Counted from the stretch's first letter, positions 11,701 through 25,665 are shown. The stretch: 64,000 bases of DNA from Chlorokybus atmophyticus (GCA_009103225.1 RHPI01002533.1:1171842-1235841); one strand, 5' to 3'. The notes: generated by a model not told the origin, from the sequence alone. Made by a program: numbers and translations.

Positions 11701-12186
11701 AGCGACATGTAGCGCTTGAAGACATTGCTCGTGTACAGCCTATCTTATGTTTGTGTTTCAATAGGGTAGCGTTGAACTACACACCGCAACCGCCAGTTGG
11801 CACCCGTGTACTGTATGCTTTCAGATGGAGAGAGCACACAAGCACCCTATGTAGCGACTGTGTGGACGTGTGCGGGGATAGTTAAGCTTTACTGTGCCCT
11901 TAAATCCTACGGCCGGCCCCATGCACAACAGCCAGAGTGGAACGCCATGTAAGAGACGACGCATGGTAATGGTTAAGCTCATCATAGAGCATCCATCACA
12001 CACGTCATGCTTTGCAATGTCTATATGAGAGTGCTGTATGCTACTCAATGCAGTAGCAAGTATTGCGTTTGGCAGCACACAACTTGCCCGGATGCGTTGG
12101 TAGTTGTATGTTTAGTCTTCATAATGCGTATAGCATCCTTGTGTACGTGCAAGTAGTAAGATTGCACCCATTGCACCCACATTACA

Positions 12187-12857
12187 TGTAACAATCGAGG
12201 CCAAGTTTCGTGATCTTAGGACCTTTTGGCCCATTGGCACATAATCGAGCACCACGTTTCCATGACTTGGGACGGATATCGGCGAGTTGTGAGTCTGCTG
12301 CAGATATCAACCGGAGCCTAGGACCAGTCCGGAAGGTGCCAGAAAACGGAGGGCCAGTTCAGAAGGACTCGACCAGATTTCTGGAAGGGCCTGGCGCCAA
12401 ATAGTATAACTTTGCCATATGGGCATCTTTTGAGGTGTTCCTTGGTGCGTCGGAAAGTTCTAGAAGCGTACTACAAGGTTTTAGAAGAATATCTGAGCTT
12501 ATAATTACGCCAAACCCGAAAAGCGTCTGGACAGTAGCATGTGAAGACTGGTAGGTATACAGGACATTTCACTTTGTGCAATACAACCTTTAGCTCCCTA
12601 GTTTCTTGTGTGCAAGCTTGGTGGTGGTTAGCAGGGGTTGCTAGCGTGTGTGCACTGGTGTGTGCTTCCTTGTGTGACGATCCAAGGCGCTACACAAGTC
12701 GGTGTGTAGCTTTAAGCGCATGCGCGTGCATACGCGAGTGGCGGGGCGCGTGTGTGTGTTGGCAGAGGGGGCAAGGTTCCGGTGTGAATACCGTGTCTTG
12801 GTGAGACGGTTGTTGATCGGACCAACTCATAGGTGACAAGGCACGAGCACCGTCACA
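12187..12857. repeat. Possible solo LTR
   Basis: Non-coding block bounded by TGTAAC...GTCACA. No target-site duplication was found. Confidence 0.25.
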
Positions 12858-14469
12858 ATGTGTCACAATGCGCGGGTGAGCACAAAATGCCAGCACGCTG
12901 ACCTGTGGATTAAGCATACTACAATGCAGCCACATGAACAAGTCTACTGCAGTTTGCTCTCCACCTGCTATCCACAAGGCAGCGAAAGACTTTCGTCAGT
13001 GACCACATGGATAGGTTGGAGCCAATACTGCTCACGGCTTGCATTAGGCCTTGCATTGTTACGAGCATGCAAGCAAAATTTTTGCCAGCTTGTTGTATAA
13101 GCGGGAAGTAGATGACACTCCTTGTGCATAGTGTTTGCGCAACAGCAGACACTTGACAATTGCTTCCCGCACAACCATGCCCCCCCAAATGCGCACAAAC
13201 AGCGGTGTAATCAGCGATGTCATGTAAACTAGCATTGAGTATAGTTGTGACGCTTGTCAATGTGTTGTACATGTGTATGACAATACCTGCGGCTGGGCAA
13301 TGTGCAGCCGCAACAATGCATGAGTACTGCAATGGTGGTAGTACAGCGTGTGTTTACTCCACGCGATCTCCGCTCCTAGCTTTCAACTGCGAGCATACTG
13401 TGCGGTATAGTGTGCCAGTTTCTGCAGTGTGTGGTGTTGCTGGTACATAGGCCCCCGTAATAAAAGGTCAAAGAGCCTCAACAACTTATGATTCTATCAG
13501 TATTGGAGTTGCGCTGTGCAGCTTGATGGACTCTCGTTGGTTCATATCGCAAAGCTTACCTCACGCCTCGGGTGGTATTGCAATTGAATAGAGCAGCCTT
13601 CCTTTAAGAATGGTAGTGAAATCGTGTACAGATTCCTCTCAGTTGGACTGGCCTCCAGCCGGTCACCATTTCGTTGCTGGACGCTTCCCGCTCTAGCCAG
13701 TCAGCAATGCCCCTGCCAATCGTGTACAAGTAATAAGTCACAAAACATGGTTAATGGGTTTGATCGCAAGACACACCCAACGTGTCTCACACCATGACAG
13801 AACAACCGTACGATAAATTGCTGATAAACTGCTTGCACAATTGGTTGAAGAAGCTTCTTGACAAACCGCTTACTTATTGAGATGCGTTGACAAACCTACA
13901 CATGCACATGTGTGCACGCCACCCAACACCAACGCTAAGAGGCTGCAACAACAAGACTAAGACCATCTATTGCCATCATGTCCGCGGGTTTTATACCCGC
14001 CAGGAATACACCTGTCTACTCTAGAAGCCACCACGTTCGCTACACTTATTTCAATTCTGCGTTCTAAGAAGCATCTTGTAGCTACTTCCAAGGGCTATCT
14101 ACCAAGCTCTAGAACACCAAAATCGGTGCAGTAACCACCGAGTTATGACGATTCTCGTGCAGGCCTTGAAGTCGCTAGACTCCGGACTCGAGTCCTCGCC
14201 TAGAGCCTTCTCGCGGCCATTCCTATTCAGAGGGCAAGCTGACCGTCCGCCTGGATGTAGGAATATCTTCAACATTACTAGGGTGTGCAAGTTTTGTCAG
14301 AGCAATAGCCGTACAGCTGATGAAGAAACATACAAACATGCACACACGGTCACGCACATTCCTCCCCCCCCCCCCCCCCGCCCACCAAGGATTCAACAAA
14401 CAGNCCCCTTCTGCGCACGCTCACGTTCATGCGCATAGATTGCATTGATTGCGCACTGATCCGTAATGC

Positions 14470-14993
14470 CATCAGCTGAAGGACCTTCACAACGAGAATG
14501 ACGAGCTACGCTCGAAGCTGTGCCAAGTGCTAATTGCAAAAAATTCATCGGTTGCTGAGGTTGAAAGTTAACAGACAGCTTGGCTGCGGCACAGCAGCAG
14601 CGTGACGAGCTATGCACCCAGTTGTCGGCACTGCGGGTTGAGGCACTCGCGCATACTTAAAAAGTGGAGGAGTTTAGCAAGGAAGTCAACAAGCTGAGCT
14701 CCTTGAATCGCGAGCTAACGAAAAAAGTTGCCATGGAGAATGTGGAGGTTGACCGTAAGTGCCTTGGGTGCTCAATTTGTATTGAAGCACATGTGACCAG
14801 TTTGCTTGTGTGTCCTGCTTGCGGGCATCACATTTGTGAGAAGGATTTCGGGCTTTTCCAAGTGTGGAGGAGGCATGGCCGGAGGTGTTACATGTGTTGC
14901 GAGCCTTCTGAGGAGGTGGCGCACGAAAGCGCCATGCTGCCTGTCCCTCTCGAAGTTAGGATATGGTCCTTGCAAGCGGATAAGCTTTGGTAG
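14470..14993 (+). pseudogene. Coiled-coil plus RING-finger gene remnant
   Basis: A heptad-rich segment with in-frame stops, followed by CSICIEAHVTSLLVCPACGHHICEKD...CYMC. Confidence 0.45.
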
Positions 14994-15449
14994 AAGGTTA
15001 AATCTTTAGTTGAGTTGTTGCTGGAATTGCTGTCATTGGCGACAGTACTTGATACAGTATATATCACAAGATTGCGCATTGACAAAACGATTATGCAAAA
15101 ATTGGGTTTCCCGAACACAAGTTCTTCAAGTCAGATGCCGAGCAAAGGGCTAGCAATGAGCTTAAACCCCAAAAAGCATCGGCTGCGATGAAGGTATGAC
15201 CATTATGGACTGTGTGACAGTGCTAACATATAAGAAATGCAACCACTGTTGTCTTTTATGTAGAACGTGGCCGATTAGGAAAAGACCCAACAACTTCTGG
15301 CTATATTGTCGTTAGCAGACATCAAGCTCCATGTGCATCATGAAGCCATCACAAAGGTCGAGATTCGTACATATATAGGCAAAAAACGTGTTAGGACTCT
15401 AGGATTAATGATGCATATAGATGCCATTAAGTGCAAAGTATTGATGATA

Positions 15450-16850
15450 TTAATTGCATTTTAAAACCCATTTAATTGCAACGTCCCTTGGCAATAACGC
15501 AGGGAACTTTATATGGTTGCGGAACCCCCCCACCCCCCACCCCCCCTCCTTCCCCTTTGCCACAAGTGCGCATGTCTTGCAATAACCATCGATAACGATC
15601 GCCCCGGGGGCGACCGTTATCAATGTATACAAGAAGTGTTTGAGCTTAAGCTGCTTATGCTTATTCATAAGGTTGGTAGCATAGCTTATAGCGCTTTGAG
15701 GCGTGTAAAGCTCAAGGCTTTGTTGATTGAAATATATAGTAGTAGTAGCTGTGAAAAGCTGGTGATATAAGATGGCACTGTATAGCTTAGCTGAGCTTTT
15801 TCTTATCGCTCTCGAATGAAACATACGGATTTCATTACGCATCTTTAAAATTGCACAATAAAGCCTCAAACAAATTGTTATATGCTGACAAGCAATGGTC
15901 AATGTTTGTGCTCGTGTTATGTGCAAGGTGTTTATTTTTCGATTGCCCTCATTAACGTTCCATAGTCTACCCATGCTATAACTCCTAGCTTAAAGCGATT
16001 TTAAATATCTTTGCTAGTATCATAAAAGTTAAGGTGATGAAACGCATCATACGCAAAAGTTATGATTTATGGCTCTAACAATATTCTTATCCGCGAAGAG
16101 CATATTAGTTCAAGTATAATACTTGCAAGTGAGGGACATGCTGATATCAGGGGGAGCAGCGCATGACGAGTATAGCGTAGGGCATGATGTGCGTGTGTTG
16201 AGTTTATCGTGATGGGTAAGATGTCATGTACGATAATCGTGATGACGACGTAATGCATGGTGCGATGAGGCACACCGTGTACAAAACGTGTAACCGCAAG
16301 TATTGGGACAGACCAATTATGTTCCTTTACAAAGAACAATCTTTGTTCGTTCATACATCAATGGTTAACAAATAAAACGAAAAAAGGGTTGAAAGAACGT
16401 TCTTTATTGGTTCTCTATGCATGGCGCATATAGTAAACAAACCTTTTGCAGTCATGCAATATCATGCATAGTCACGCTGTATTGATGCGTGATTTGGTGT
16501 ATTATATGATGCAGCGTGGCTCGATGTCACAATAATGTTCAACACACGCTGTTATATACATGTTGTGTAGCGAAATACATGCTATTGATGATGCCATGCT
16601 TTATGTTGGATGATGCATGTGATCGTGTTAATAAATGCATGCCTTTTAAGAAATTGTGAAGGTTTTATTATGAGTATAATGCATATCTTTGTTCGTTATC
16701 GACGGTTCGTTTGATGTCAGTCATAAATGTCCTTTATTTTATTTTGCAAGAACAACACAAGGTTAGATGGACTTGAAAACAAGACTATTCATATTCTTGT
16801 GTTTTTTTCGTTTGATCACGCCTCAACCTAAGCTTGGCCCCAGCTGTACT
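15450..16850. other. AT-rich non-coding block, probably repeat-derived
   Basis: Sharp drop in GC relative to the flanks and no credible protein motif. Confidence 0.3.
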
Positions 16851-17199
16851 AGCTGGCCATTTTATGCTCAACATCAAAGAACATGAAATCTCAGACGTTA
16901 AGAGATAACCTCACCACGAGTACACGATTGCGCTATACAAATAGTATGCTGTTACCGGGGGTACAGTCCTATCGACGGCAATACGCGGCAGCGAGGCTCC
17001 CTGTCGCGCATATCGCGTCACTCAATTTCCAGCAAGCACCTCCCCCCAGCATGCCTGTTCTATGAGGGTGCTGCTGGCATACAGCTGAGGAAGGGCATGC
17101 TTACATGCTTGCTTTGGCAGCAGTGGCGGTGGCGGCGTAGTGATGGGCGCCAAGCCCGAGGTGAGTCATGTAGGTAGCTTTTTGCACCTGTAAGCAGGC

Positions 17200-20100
17200 G
17201 GTCTTGCTTGCGTGCATTGTGTCACATGGACTGGTTAAATGCATCACGTTCGCCGCGGAATCCTACCAGCCTGTCGCAGCAATGGCAACTTGTTCTGGCA
17301 AGTTGAAGCTTCCGTGTTGTAGGGTGAGCGAGGGGATAGGTGCTATGTGGTGCGTGCGGGATAGCTGGCTGTGCATTGCAAGGCTGACAGAGCAAGATGC
17401 TGTGGCCTATGAAAAACCAGCGGCTGGCGTCACAGCCATTGTCGATGCTGAACAGCTTTATGGGCCGCCATGACCGCTCATGTGCAGTCCAGTTGAAGTT
17501 ATCCATTGTCCTCGCAGGAGTACAATTGCACATTTTGCAAGCGCATTATCTGCATGCCGATGCTTGCTGCGTGCCTTCAAAGCCTTACTACTGCACCAGG
17601 TACGTGCTCGATCTCTTGTTCCTTATATGCTGTACAGCGTTGTTATATACTTGTGAGTGTCAATGCATTGCATATGTGGTCACTTTATGTCTTCCTCAAC
17701 CGTTAACCGGCAGGCAAGAGAATGCACAAGCATATGGATGTTGCAAGTTAGGTTTTACAATGGCATCTATTCTTTCAACAACAATCACCAGCTACAATTA
17801 TGTTAGTTTGTTGCGTTTTGCGGTTGGATGCATTGCCTCATGGACATACAACTTGTAGGTCTTCCATTGCAAGCTTGCGATTGACCACCCTTCCAAAGGG
17901 CACCTTTCTGTACACTCAGGTATTGCATCCAATGAAAGCAATTTGTCTTTATTACACACGCAGTAACTGCCGCGCGAGTTGTGCTAAACAAATGCATGCT
18001 CTTGCCCCCCNNNNNNNNNNNNNNNNNNNNNNNNNNNNNNNNNNNNNNNNNNNNNNNNNNNNNNNNNNNNNNNNNNNNNNNNNNNNNNNNNNNNNNNNNN
18101 NNNNNNNNNNNNNNNNNNNNNNNNNNNNNNNNNNNNNNNNNNNNNNNNNNNNNNNNNNNNNNNNNNNNNNNNNNNNNNNNNNNNNNNNNNNNNNNNNNNN
18201 NNNNNNNNNNNNNNNNNNNNNNNNNNNNNNNNNNNNNNNNNNNNNNNNNNNNNNNNNNNNNNNNNNNNNNNNNNNNNNNNNNNNNNNNNNNNNNNNNNNN
18301 NNNNNNNNNNNNNNNNNNNNNNNNNNNNNNNNNNNNNNNNNNNNNNNNNNNNNNNNNNNNNNNNNNNNNNNNNNNNNNNNNNNNNNNNNNNNNNNNNNNN
18401 NNNNNNNNNNNNNNNNNNNNNNNNNNNNNNNNNNNNNNNNNNNNNNNNNNNNNNNNNNNNNNNNNNNNNNNNNNNNNNNNNNNNNNNNNNNNNNNNNNNN
18501 NNNNNNNNNNNNNNNNNNNNNNNNNNNNNNNNNNNNNNNNNNNNNNNNNNNNNNNNNNNNCCCGCCCACCACCACCACCACCACCAAACAAACATGCGCT
18601 ATGCCTCCACAATGCGCACAAAAGCACACGTCGATACCTGCACGCCCGCACGCACTCACATGCACGTATTGTATGCCTAATGCATGGACAAAAGCTCACT
18701 CTCTGTACATCATTGTGTCGGGTATGGTCCGCTTGCACACTTATGAAGACGCAGGTGACGCCGCAAAGAGCATACAGCTAGGAACGCCACAAACTTTACA
18801 ACCACAAAAGTAAGTTGAATGCTGCTTATTTCCCATCCCTTACTCTGTTACTCTCGCCGAGCAAGCCAAGATGCCACTGGTTGTATGCCCCCATGGCACA
18901 TCGCATTCCCAAGTGCACGGCCACGATGTCACGTGAGGTGATACAAATCTCAGCAACTTCTGGCACAGTGCATCGCAGGTGACGCTATCGGTATAGGGTT
19001 GATGGTGAGTTAACACATTTGGTGTTGACTAGCTGTGTCAATAAATGGTTCCTAGTTTAGATGCATCCCATGCAGGGCCATGCGCCAAGGCATAGCTGGC
19101 GCACTGTGGTTGCTGAGGAGGCAACAAAAGTGCTCGTCTTGCATTTTCATAAATTTTTAGTCCGTTTTTGTACATGGCAGCATCGCTTCAGACGCAAATC
19201 AATGACGATGCAATGCCTCCAACCGTGATATACTCCTTGCCAGGTGGCGGAATTGAAGACGCTGGTGTTCCGTGCCGCAATGCGCCAGCTGTGTCTTAGC
19301 ACACTGGTATTCTGTCGCACACAGAGTTGCATCGCGAGCCTGAGGTATGAGTTACAACTGGCATCCAACTTACCCCTGTGCAGTGCTTTATTAAGGACAT
19401 GGAGGCGTTGACTATGTTTGTGACTGTTAAAAAGCTACAATTGAGTCTCTCTCAGCATTGTCGTTGCATCAAACTTGCGCAACCAACGGCTTGTTATTGC
19501 GCATCTGTGTTTCAACCACTGAAAAGCTCATCAGCATTTCACGATTGCACGTCTGCAGAAGTCTCATCTACTGACAGGTGGATGCTTGCGACATCATCGT
19601 GCGGCAGGCTCATCGTTTGAACGCATTCCATCCGCTGGCAGCATTTTACCATCAGTTAAAAAAGGTTTGCTGCTGATGGTCGCAGAATGAGCAAGGAAGT
19701 TCCTGTTTGTTGAATCCTTGGTGGGGCAGTCCGTGTGCGTCAGCAAGATTAAGCGAAATCAACCACCTTAGCTAGATTGAGTCCTTCCAACAAAGTATTT
19801 GAAGAAAAGCTGTTTGGCAGATGCCTTGCCGTGCTTCATGCAGGGAGCTGCTTTGGTGAAGCCTCCCTTCTGCAGATTCGTTGCTTTCTTGTGTATATAT
19901 AAAAAGTCAAGCTTTGAAAGCAAAGACCGGCTAGATTTCAAATACATCCTCACAGCGCTGTCCATTAATGTAGGGCGCTCCCAAAATGCCACCGTCGTAG
20001 AACAGCAGCGCAGACAACCACTCGAGATGAATGCAAAAGATTACATGCAGGCGCATGTCGACTCAAGTAAGGTATTTGATGGTGTTTAACAACATATTAA

Positions 20101-20400
20101 TGTCTTGGCGTCACTTGACATATGGCAAACAACTCCTCACACAGGAGGGTGAGTTGGAGAAGAAGCTTAAGATGCTGCAGCGCATTGTGTTGCTCCTAGA
20201 TGGGCCAACGCCGCAGCTGTTGCGCCTGTATGCATTGCTGATGCTTGCGTGCATGCTCAATGTACGAGTGGCGATGACATGCTGAGTGTTTTTGCATGTT
20301 ATTGCGGATCCTACTTCTTTCAGGTGCGAGCTTATAGCAATCAACCAATCATCATCAATAATGGCGAGATGCCTCTCATGTGTTTATTGTGCGCATGGGC
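17200..20400 (+). CDS. Multi-exon gene with cyclic-nucleotide-binding (cNMP) domains; spans an assembly gap, may be a pseudogene, abuts an LTR at 20418
   Basis: Exon-like segments LYIIVSGMVRLH (about 18700), LAQCIAGDAIG (about 18960), RTVVAEEATKVLVL (about 19100), VLHAGSCFGEASLL (about 19830) and EKKLKMLQRIVLL (about 20160). The exon structure was not fully resolved. Confidence 0.5.
18011..18560. other. Assembly gap (550 N)
   Basis: Run of N. Confidence 1.
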
Positions 20401-20417
20401 ACTTGCCAGGTGAGCGT

Positions 20418-20789
20418 TGTTAGCATGCTGCTACTCAAGCCAGGACTTCACATCAACTGACGTGAAAGGACCATGAATGCTCCGTGGCTTCGGACCGGGA
20501 TTTTCCCCTGTTAATGAAATCGGTGGACCATGTATGGTCCAGATGTCATTGGCAATCCGACCATGCATGGTCCAAATCTCATGTAAACGTGTAATGGAGG
20601 AGCCGCCAAGTGACCCCACGGGTCTTACTAGTAATCTGTTAGGACCAGCTACGGAGGAGGTTTCCAGCAGTATATAAGCACAACTAAGATCCGCAAAAAG
20701 GCAGTTGTAATCAGAGTTGTCCTGGCCGACATCTGTGGCGGCGTTATGCTTGTCTCTGCGCTTGTCTAACCCCGCTTGAGTCGCTAACT
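20418..20789 (+). repeat. 5' LTR of a Ty3/gypsy element
   Basis: TGTTAGC...GCTAAC(T) termini, a TATA-like tatataa at about 20672, and a primer-binding site just downstream. Confidence 0.6.
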
Positions 20790-20796
20790 GTTTCCT

Positions 20797-20812
20797 TGGT
20801 GGAGACACGGGG
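20797..20812 (+). promoter_or_regulatory. Primer-binding site, probably tRNA-Ala type
   Basis: TGGTGGAGACACGGGG is complementary to a tRNA 3' end ...CCCCG(C/T)GTCTCCACCA, as in eukaryotic tRNA-Ala. Confidence 0.6.
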
Positions 20813-20829
20813 CAGGCAAGCGTGAGAGA

Positions 20830-23800
20830 GTGGCTGGAGGAGATAGAAACCGGCCGAACACAAGGCAGAATTTGACGGACCCCCTACCTACCCCAACCGA
20901 CCCAGAAGCTGGGACGACGACAGCTGACGCCGCAGCAGAGGAGTTAGAGACGAGGACGCCGACCCCGATCCAAATGGAGCCTTGGAATCTGAGCCGCATT
21001 ATTGCAGAAGCAGCCGCAGCCGCCATAGCCTCGTACCGCCAACACCAATGCACGTCACTAACAGCGTTGTCTGCTGCTGCTACCGGCCCAAACCCTCATG
21101 TGCGTTCTGTCCCCTTCACCGGAGCCCCGGCGCAAGACGTGCGCAACTGGCTGGATCATTTTGAGAACGTGGGACGGTACCATAGCTGGACTGATGAAGA
21201 CAAAGCCCGGGAAGTAGCTATGAGCATGCAAGGCATAGCGGCAACGTGGTACAATAATTTAAATTAAGCTGTGAAAAGTTCTTGACCGCTTGTACATAAA
21301 AGCTTGCGTAAGGTTTTCGGGCAGCGATCAGCCGAGCAAGCAATGTTGCAGCTGTTGTACGATGTGAGACAAGGAGCTGATGAGTCGGTGGCTGCATTTG
21401 CCATCAGATTCAGCAGCCTAATTATCAGGACAGCCGGAGATGCCCCAGATGGTCCTGTTTTTATGGCAAGCTCTAACCTGGTCCATCACCACTTCCGTGA
21501 GGATGCACGCCCCGCACCAGGCAATAGCTTTGGCGAAGAGGGCGGAGCAATCACAAGCACTGAGGCGACCGCGCTCAACTTCGTCCCTGATACCGGTCAC
21601 TCAGAGTCCAACCTCATTTCTGCAAGCAGCAGCAGCATGACCTTCAACAGTTTGTTCCCGCCGATCGACCTCAGTTGGGGGCCGCCCAACTCCGTCCCTA
21701 CCCTCCCGTGATGCTGAAGGGAGGCCCCTGTGTTTTAACTGTAAGAAATATGGCCACGTCGCCAAGCATTGCAAGCAAGTACACCAGTGGCGACAGACTA
21801 GACGTACTGTTCCGGCCTCTCAAAACGTTTAGCTCCTTAAGCCAGAAGATGACACAGTTGTCCCTGTCGCCAGTGACGCAAAAGATGCTCAGGACATCGT
21901 CACGTTTCCGCAGGTAAACAAAGGGGCATGATCGATGAGCAAGGGTCAGCCACGCCTGTAGCAAGACAGGTTAGCAAGAAGCCTTATAGAGTATGCAGCG
22001 TGTTAGTGCGAGATCAGGGCAGCCGGACAACAACGCTTGCGTTGGTTGATACTGGTTCGTCACTCTCAACTATCTGTGAAGCATATGCACGTTCTGTGGG
22101 TTTGCGCACACACCGTTCTCCTCATGATGTCCGCAATATATTTGGAGATGGTGATGCTAGCTGCCTGTCTACCTGCTACGCATTGGTGCCATTATTATTC
22201 AGAGGTAGAACACTTATGTGCAAGCTATATGTGCTACCCGGGCAACTCTTTTATGTCACGTTGGGGTGGGATTTCGTGGAGAAGCGCCAAGTGCATATTA
22301 GCCCAAGAAAAGCAGTCATTCCCGGCATAGCCACATTGCCCGCAGTGCACCGATACCAGCTGCTACAAACCATAGTGCCGCACTAACCAGCCCTGAAGAC
22401 CACGTAATTGACATCGAGATGCTGAGACTGTACACAACTAAAGCAGTTACGGCTCCACAGTCAACCAGAACCGCCGCCACTACTCATCGCATTGATACTG
22501 GTACCAGCATGCCCGCGTAGGCCAGCCTATAGAAAGTCGCTAAAAGAATGGGAGATCATTAGCAATCAAGTGCAGGAGATGCTTAAAGCTAGTGTAGTCA
22601 CCCCATCATGCAGTCCCTACTCCTCAGAAGTCCTACTACAGAAGAAAATACACAGCTCTTAGCTTCGTTACTGCGACTTTCGGAAGCTAAATTCAGTTAC
22701 TAAAAAAGACACCTACCCGCTTCCGCGGATCGATGACATGCTGGATAAAATGGGAGGCAGCTGGTACTTTACAAAAAATGATCTGGCGTCGCGGTACTGG
22801 CAGATCCCAATGGACGCCGCGGCGAAGGAGAAAACAGCTTTCCGTACATATCGAGGTCTGTACGAGTTTTCTGTTTTGCCATTCAGGTTGTGCAATGCAC
22901 CCGCGACATTTCAGAGCTGCATGGATGACATGTTCCGAGGGGTCCCCCGCGTACAAGCATACATGGATGATATCATCATCTTCTCCAAAGACTGGGAGCA
23001 GCATGTAGCTGATGTCAAATAAAAAATCGATATCTTGAAGCTGTACAACTTCAAAGCGCAGAGGAGTAAATGCAGCTTCGATCTTACGGCTATTCAGTAC
23101 CTCAGCTACATTAACTCCAGCTGCCGGCGTTCATGTGGACCTTCAAAAGACCATGGCGATCAATGCATTCTCTCAACCCCAAAATAACAAAGCACTTATG
23201 AGGTTTCTAAGCATGTGCGGGTTTTAAGCCAGATTTATTCCAAACATGGCCTCCAGGGCCGCACCTCTGCGCCAAAACCTCCGCAAAGGACAGCCGTACT
23301 AGTGGACACCAGCCGCTGACAAGGCCTTCAAGCTACTCAAGCACAGCCTCACTTACGCCTCGGTGTTAGCCAACCCAAACTTTTCAAAGCCATTCATGAG
23401 GTTCGATGCTTCTAAGGTGGGCGTCGCCGCTGTCATTTGTCAGCAGTACCCCGAAGGTCAGCGCCCACTACACTTTGTCAGCCGTGCCCTGTCAAGCCCT
23501 GAGACCCGCTACTTAGCCATAATGAGCTGCTCGCTATCGTTTGGGCTTTTTAAAAGTTGCACTGCTACCTGTATGGCAGTGACGTAGTACTGGAGACGGA
23601 CCATCAACCACTCCGCGGGCTATTCAATTGACGAGATCATACAGGCCGGCATGCGCGGTGGGTACTGGCGTTACAGCCATACCGTTGTACAGTAGTTCAT
23701 CAAAAAAGGAGCTCCAATTATGACGCAGATGCCCTGACCAGAGCCTTAGTTGTTGAAGCCGTACAAAGCTCAGCGCTCCATAGGGCCGAGCCTGGAAGAG

Positions 23801-24240
23801 TACTAAGCCGCGCGATAGGATGACCCGTGGTGCCAAGCCATCATTGCCAAATTTCACCAACACCTTTTTGGCTGATAGCGACCCGCCGCCGCCGCCAAAT
23901 CTTGCAATGATTGCAATACCCTGTACTATGTTGGCAAAAAAGGGGACGAGGAGCCGCGTGTGGTGGTACCTACAGTTTTGAGGGATCGTGTGCTATAAGC
24001 TGTGCATGAGGCGAGATACGGAGGAGGGCATGTTTTGGCGCGAGCGGACCTTGAACAAGGTATGACGCAAGTTCTTTGGCAGATTTGCGCGCGGATGTTC
24101 ATCGGCACGGTGACACCTGTCATCATTGTCAGCTGCGATAATCTCGCAACCGGCAGGCTGCGGGGGAGTTGCAAAGTATCTCTGTTACTAGGCCTTTGCA
24201 GTCGGTGGCATGGATGTGATGAGATCTCTACTGGTTAGCC
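20830..24240 (+). mobile_element. Decayed Ty3/gypsy internal region: gag, protease, RT, RNase H and the start of integrase (truncated)
   Basis: Gag FTGAPAQDVRNWLDHFE; protease LVDTGSS; RT KKDTYPLPRIDD..LYEFSVLPFRLCNAPATFQ..YMDDIIIFS; RNase H FDASKVGVAAV; integrase H-H-C-C region at about 23990-24140. Many stops and frameshifts. Confidence 0.92.
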
Positions 24241-25281
24241 TGTCATGCCAGCGGTCCACGAGGGGCCAACTTCCTCATAGATGCCTACAGCCACGCATCG
24301 TTCCCGTGCAACCAGCAGCAACAACCATTTTGATTAGTCATGCCTACAGCCAGACATCGACCCCGGTTACCGGCATGAGTCCCACGCGACACGAAGCAGT
24401 TGTCAGTCAGTCTTCGGGTATTAGTATAAGCGGTACTAGCTGATTTGTTGCGAGATGTGACTTAGGCTTGATTCGGGTCATTTCGTAAACTAGCCGTTAT
24501 CTTAGAACTGAACAGATGTCACTTGACTATATGAGACGCTTAGGACTTTGTCTCTGTACGTTGATGACACTGTAAGTGAGAATTGAAAGAATTGGAACTA
24601 AGAAATACGGATGTTCATCTTTGGAGTGCTCGGGACTTGCTCTTCAAAGCTTGTGGCTTGATGTGACTGCATCACCTCACCGCCCCGGCCAACACACATC
24701 TACACGTGCGGTGTATGCACACGTGCATTGCATATCACTTGATGTGATTGTGGTCATGTGAGTGCACGTTATGTGGTCCGCATCAGAGTATGGTATCCAC
24801 GAGTTGCCGCATTCATACACCTCACTTAACAGTGGAATGGCATCTTGACCTCATTCAAGAAACTGTATAAGCAGCACTACCTCTGGTAGTGGCTTGTTGA
24901 CTTACAGTGTCATCCACCTTGTACAAGTGAGTGTCGTGCATCAGCGTGGCTTGCATTCTTGCAGCGGCGTTGGTTGCATCAGTGTTGGGTTATCATTGCC
25001 AGCACATAGTGCATTCACAAGCACTAGTGTGTTGAGTGGTAACATTGGGGGGGCACCAGTAGAGCACACACACTCTGCCTTGCTCTCTGCTGCGCTCACC
25101 GTGCGACTTGCATGAGTGAGTTTACACCGGTCAGGGAGTCCACTCATCGGTACGGGCTTTCCCCTGTGGCCGAGGAGACCACGAGCAACTTTGGCAGTTG
25201 GTTGGGCTCGAACCTATCCTACGGACGATATGGCGAAGAGGAGGGTGACAACAACAGCGATAGCCCCCGGTCTTCACCAGT

Positions 25282-25665
25282 ACCCCGTTCCGGACATACT
25301 CAATCTCGTCATCAAGTTGAAAGCTTCATCGATTAACTCGATAGCGTTGATATGGAGGCATCCAGTTCCACTCATGGTCTCACCTTCATCGGACGTCCTG
25401 GCACAAGACCATTGGACGAATGGATCAACAAGTTCGATTCCAGGATGAGCTACCAAACGATCAAGACTCCCAACCCCGTTCCGGACATGCTCAATCTCGT
25501 CATCAAGTTGAAAGCTTCATCGATTAACTCGATAGCGTTAATATGGAGGCATCCAGTTCCACTCATGGTCTCACCTTCATCGGACGTCCTGGCACAAGAC
25601 CATTGGACGAATGGATCAACAAGTTCGATTCCAGGATGAGCTACCAAACGATCAAGACTCCCAAC
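25282..25665 (+). repeat. 191-bp tandem duplication inside gag
   Basis: 25282-25474 is repeated almost identically at 25473-25665. Confidence 0.95.

Noticed and set aside
14090-14330. Possible LTR fragment related to 12187-12857
   Set aside because: Similar composition only; no alignable stretch or termini seen.
17800-18813. Long ORFs listed in the ORF track
   Set aside because: Artefacts of translating through the 550-N gap.
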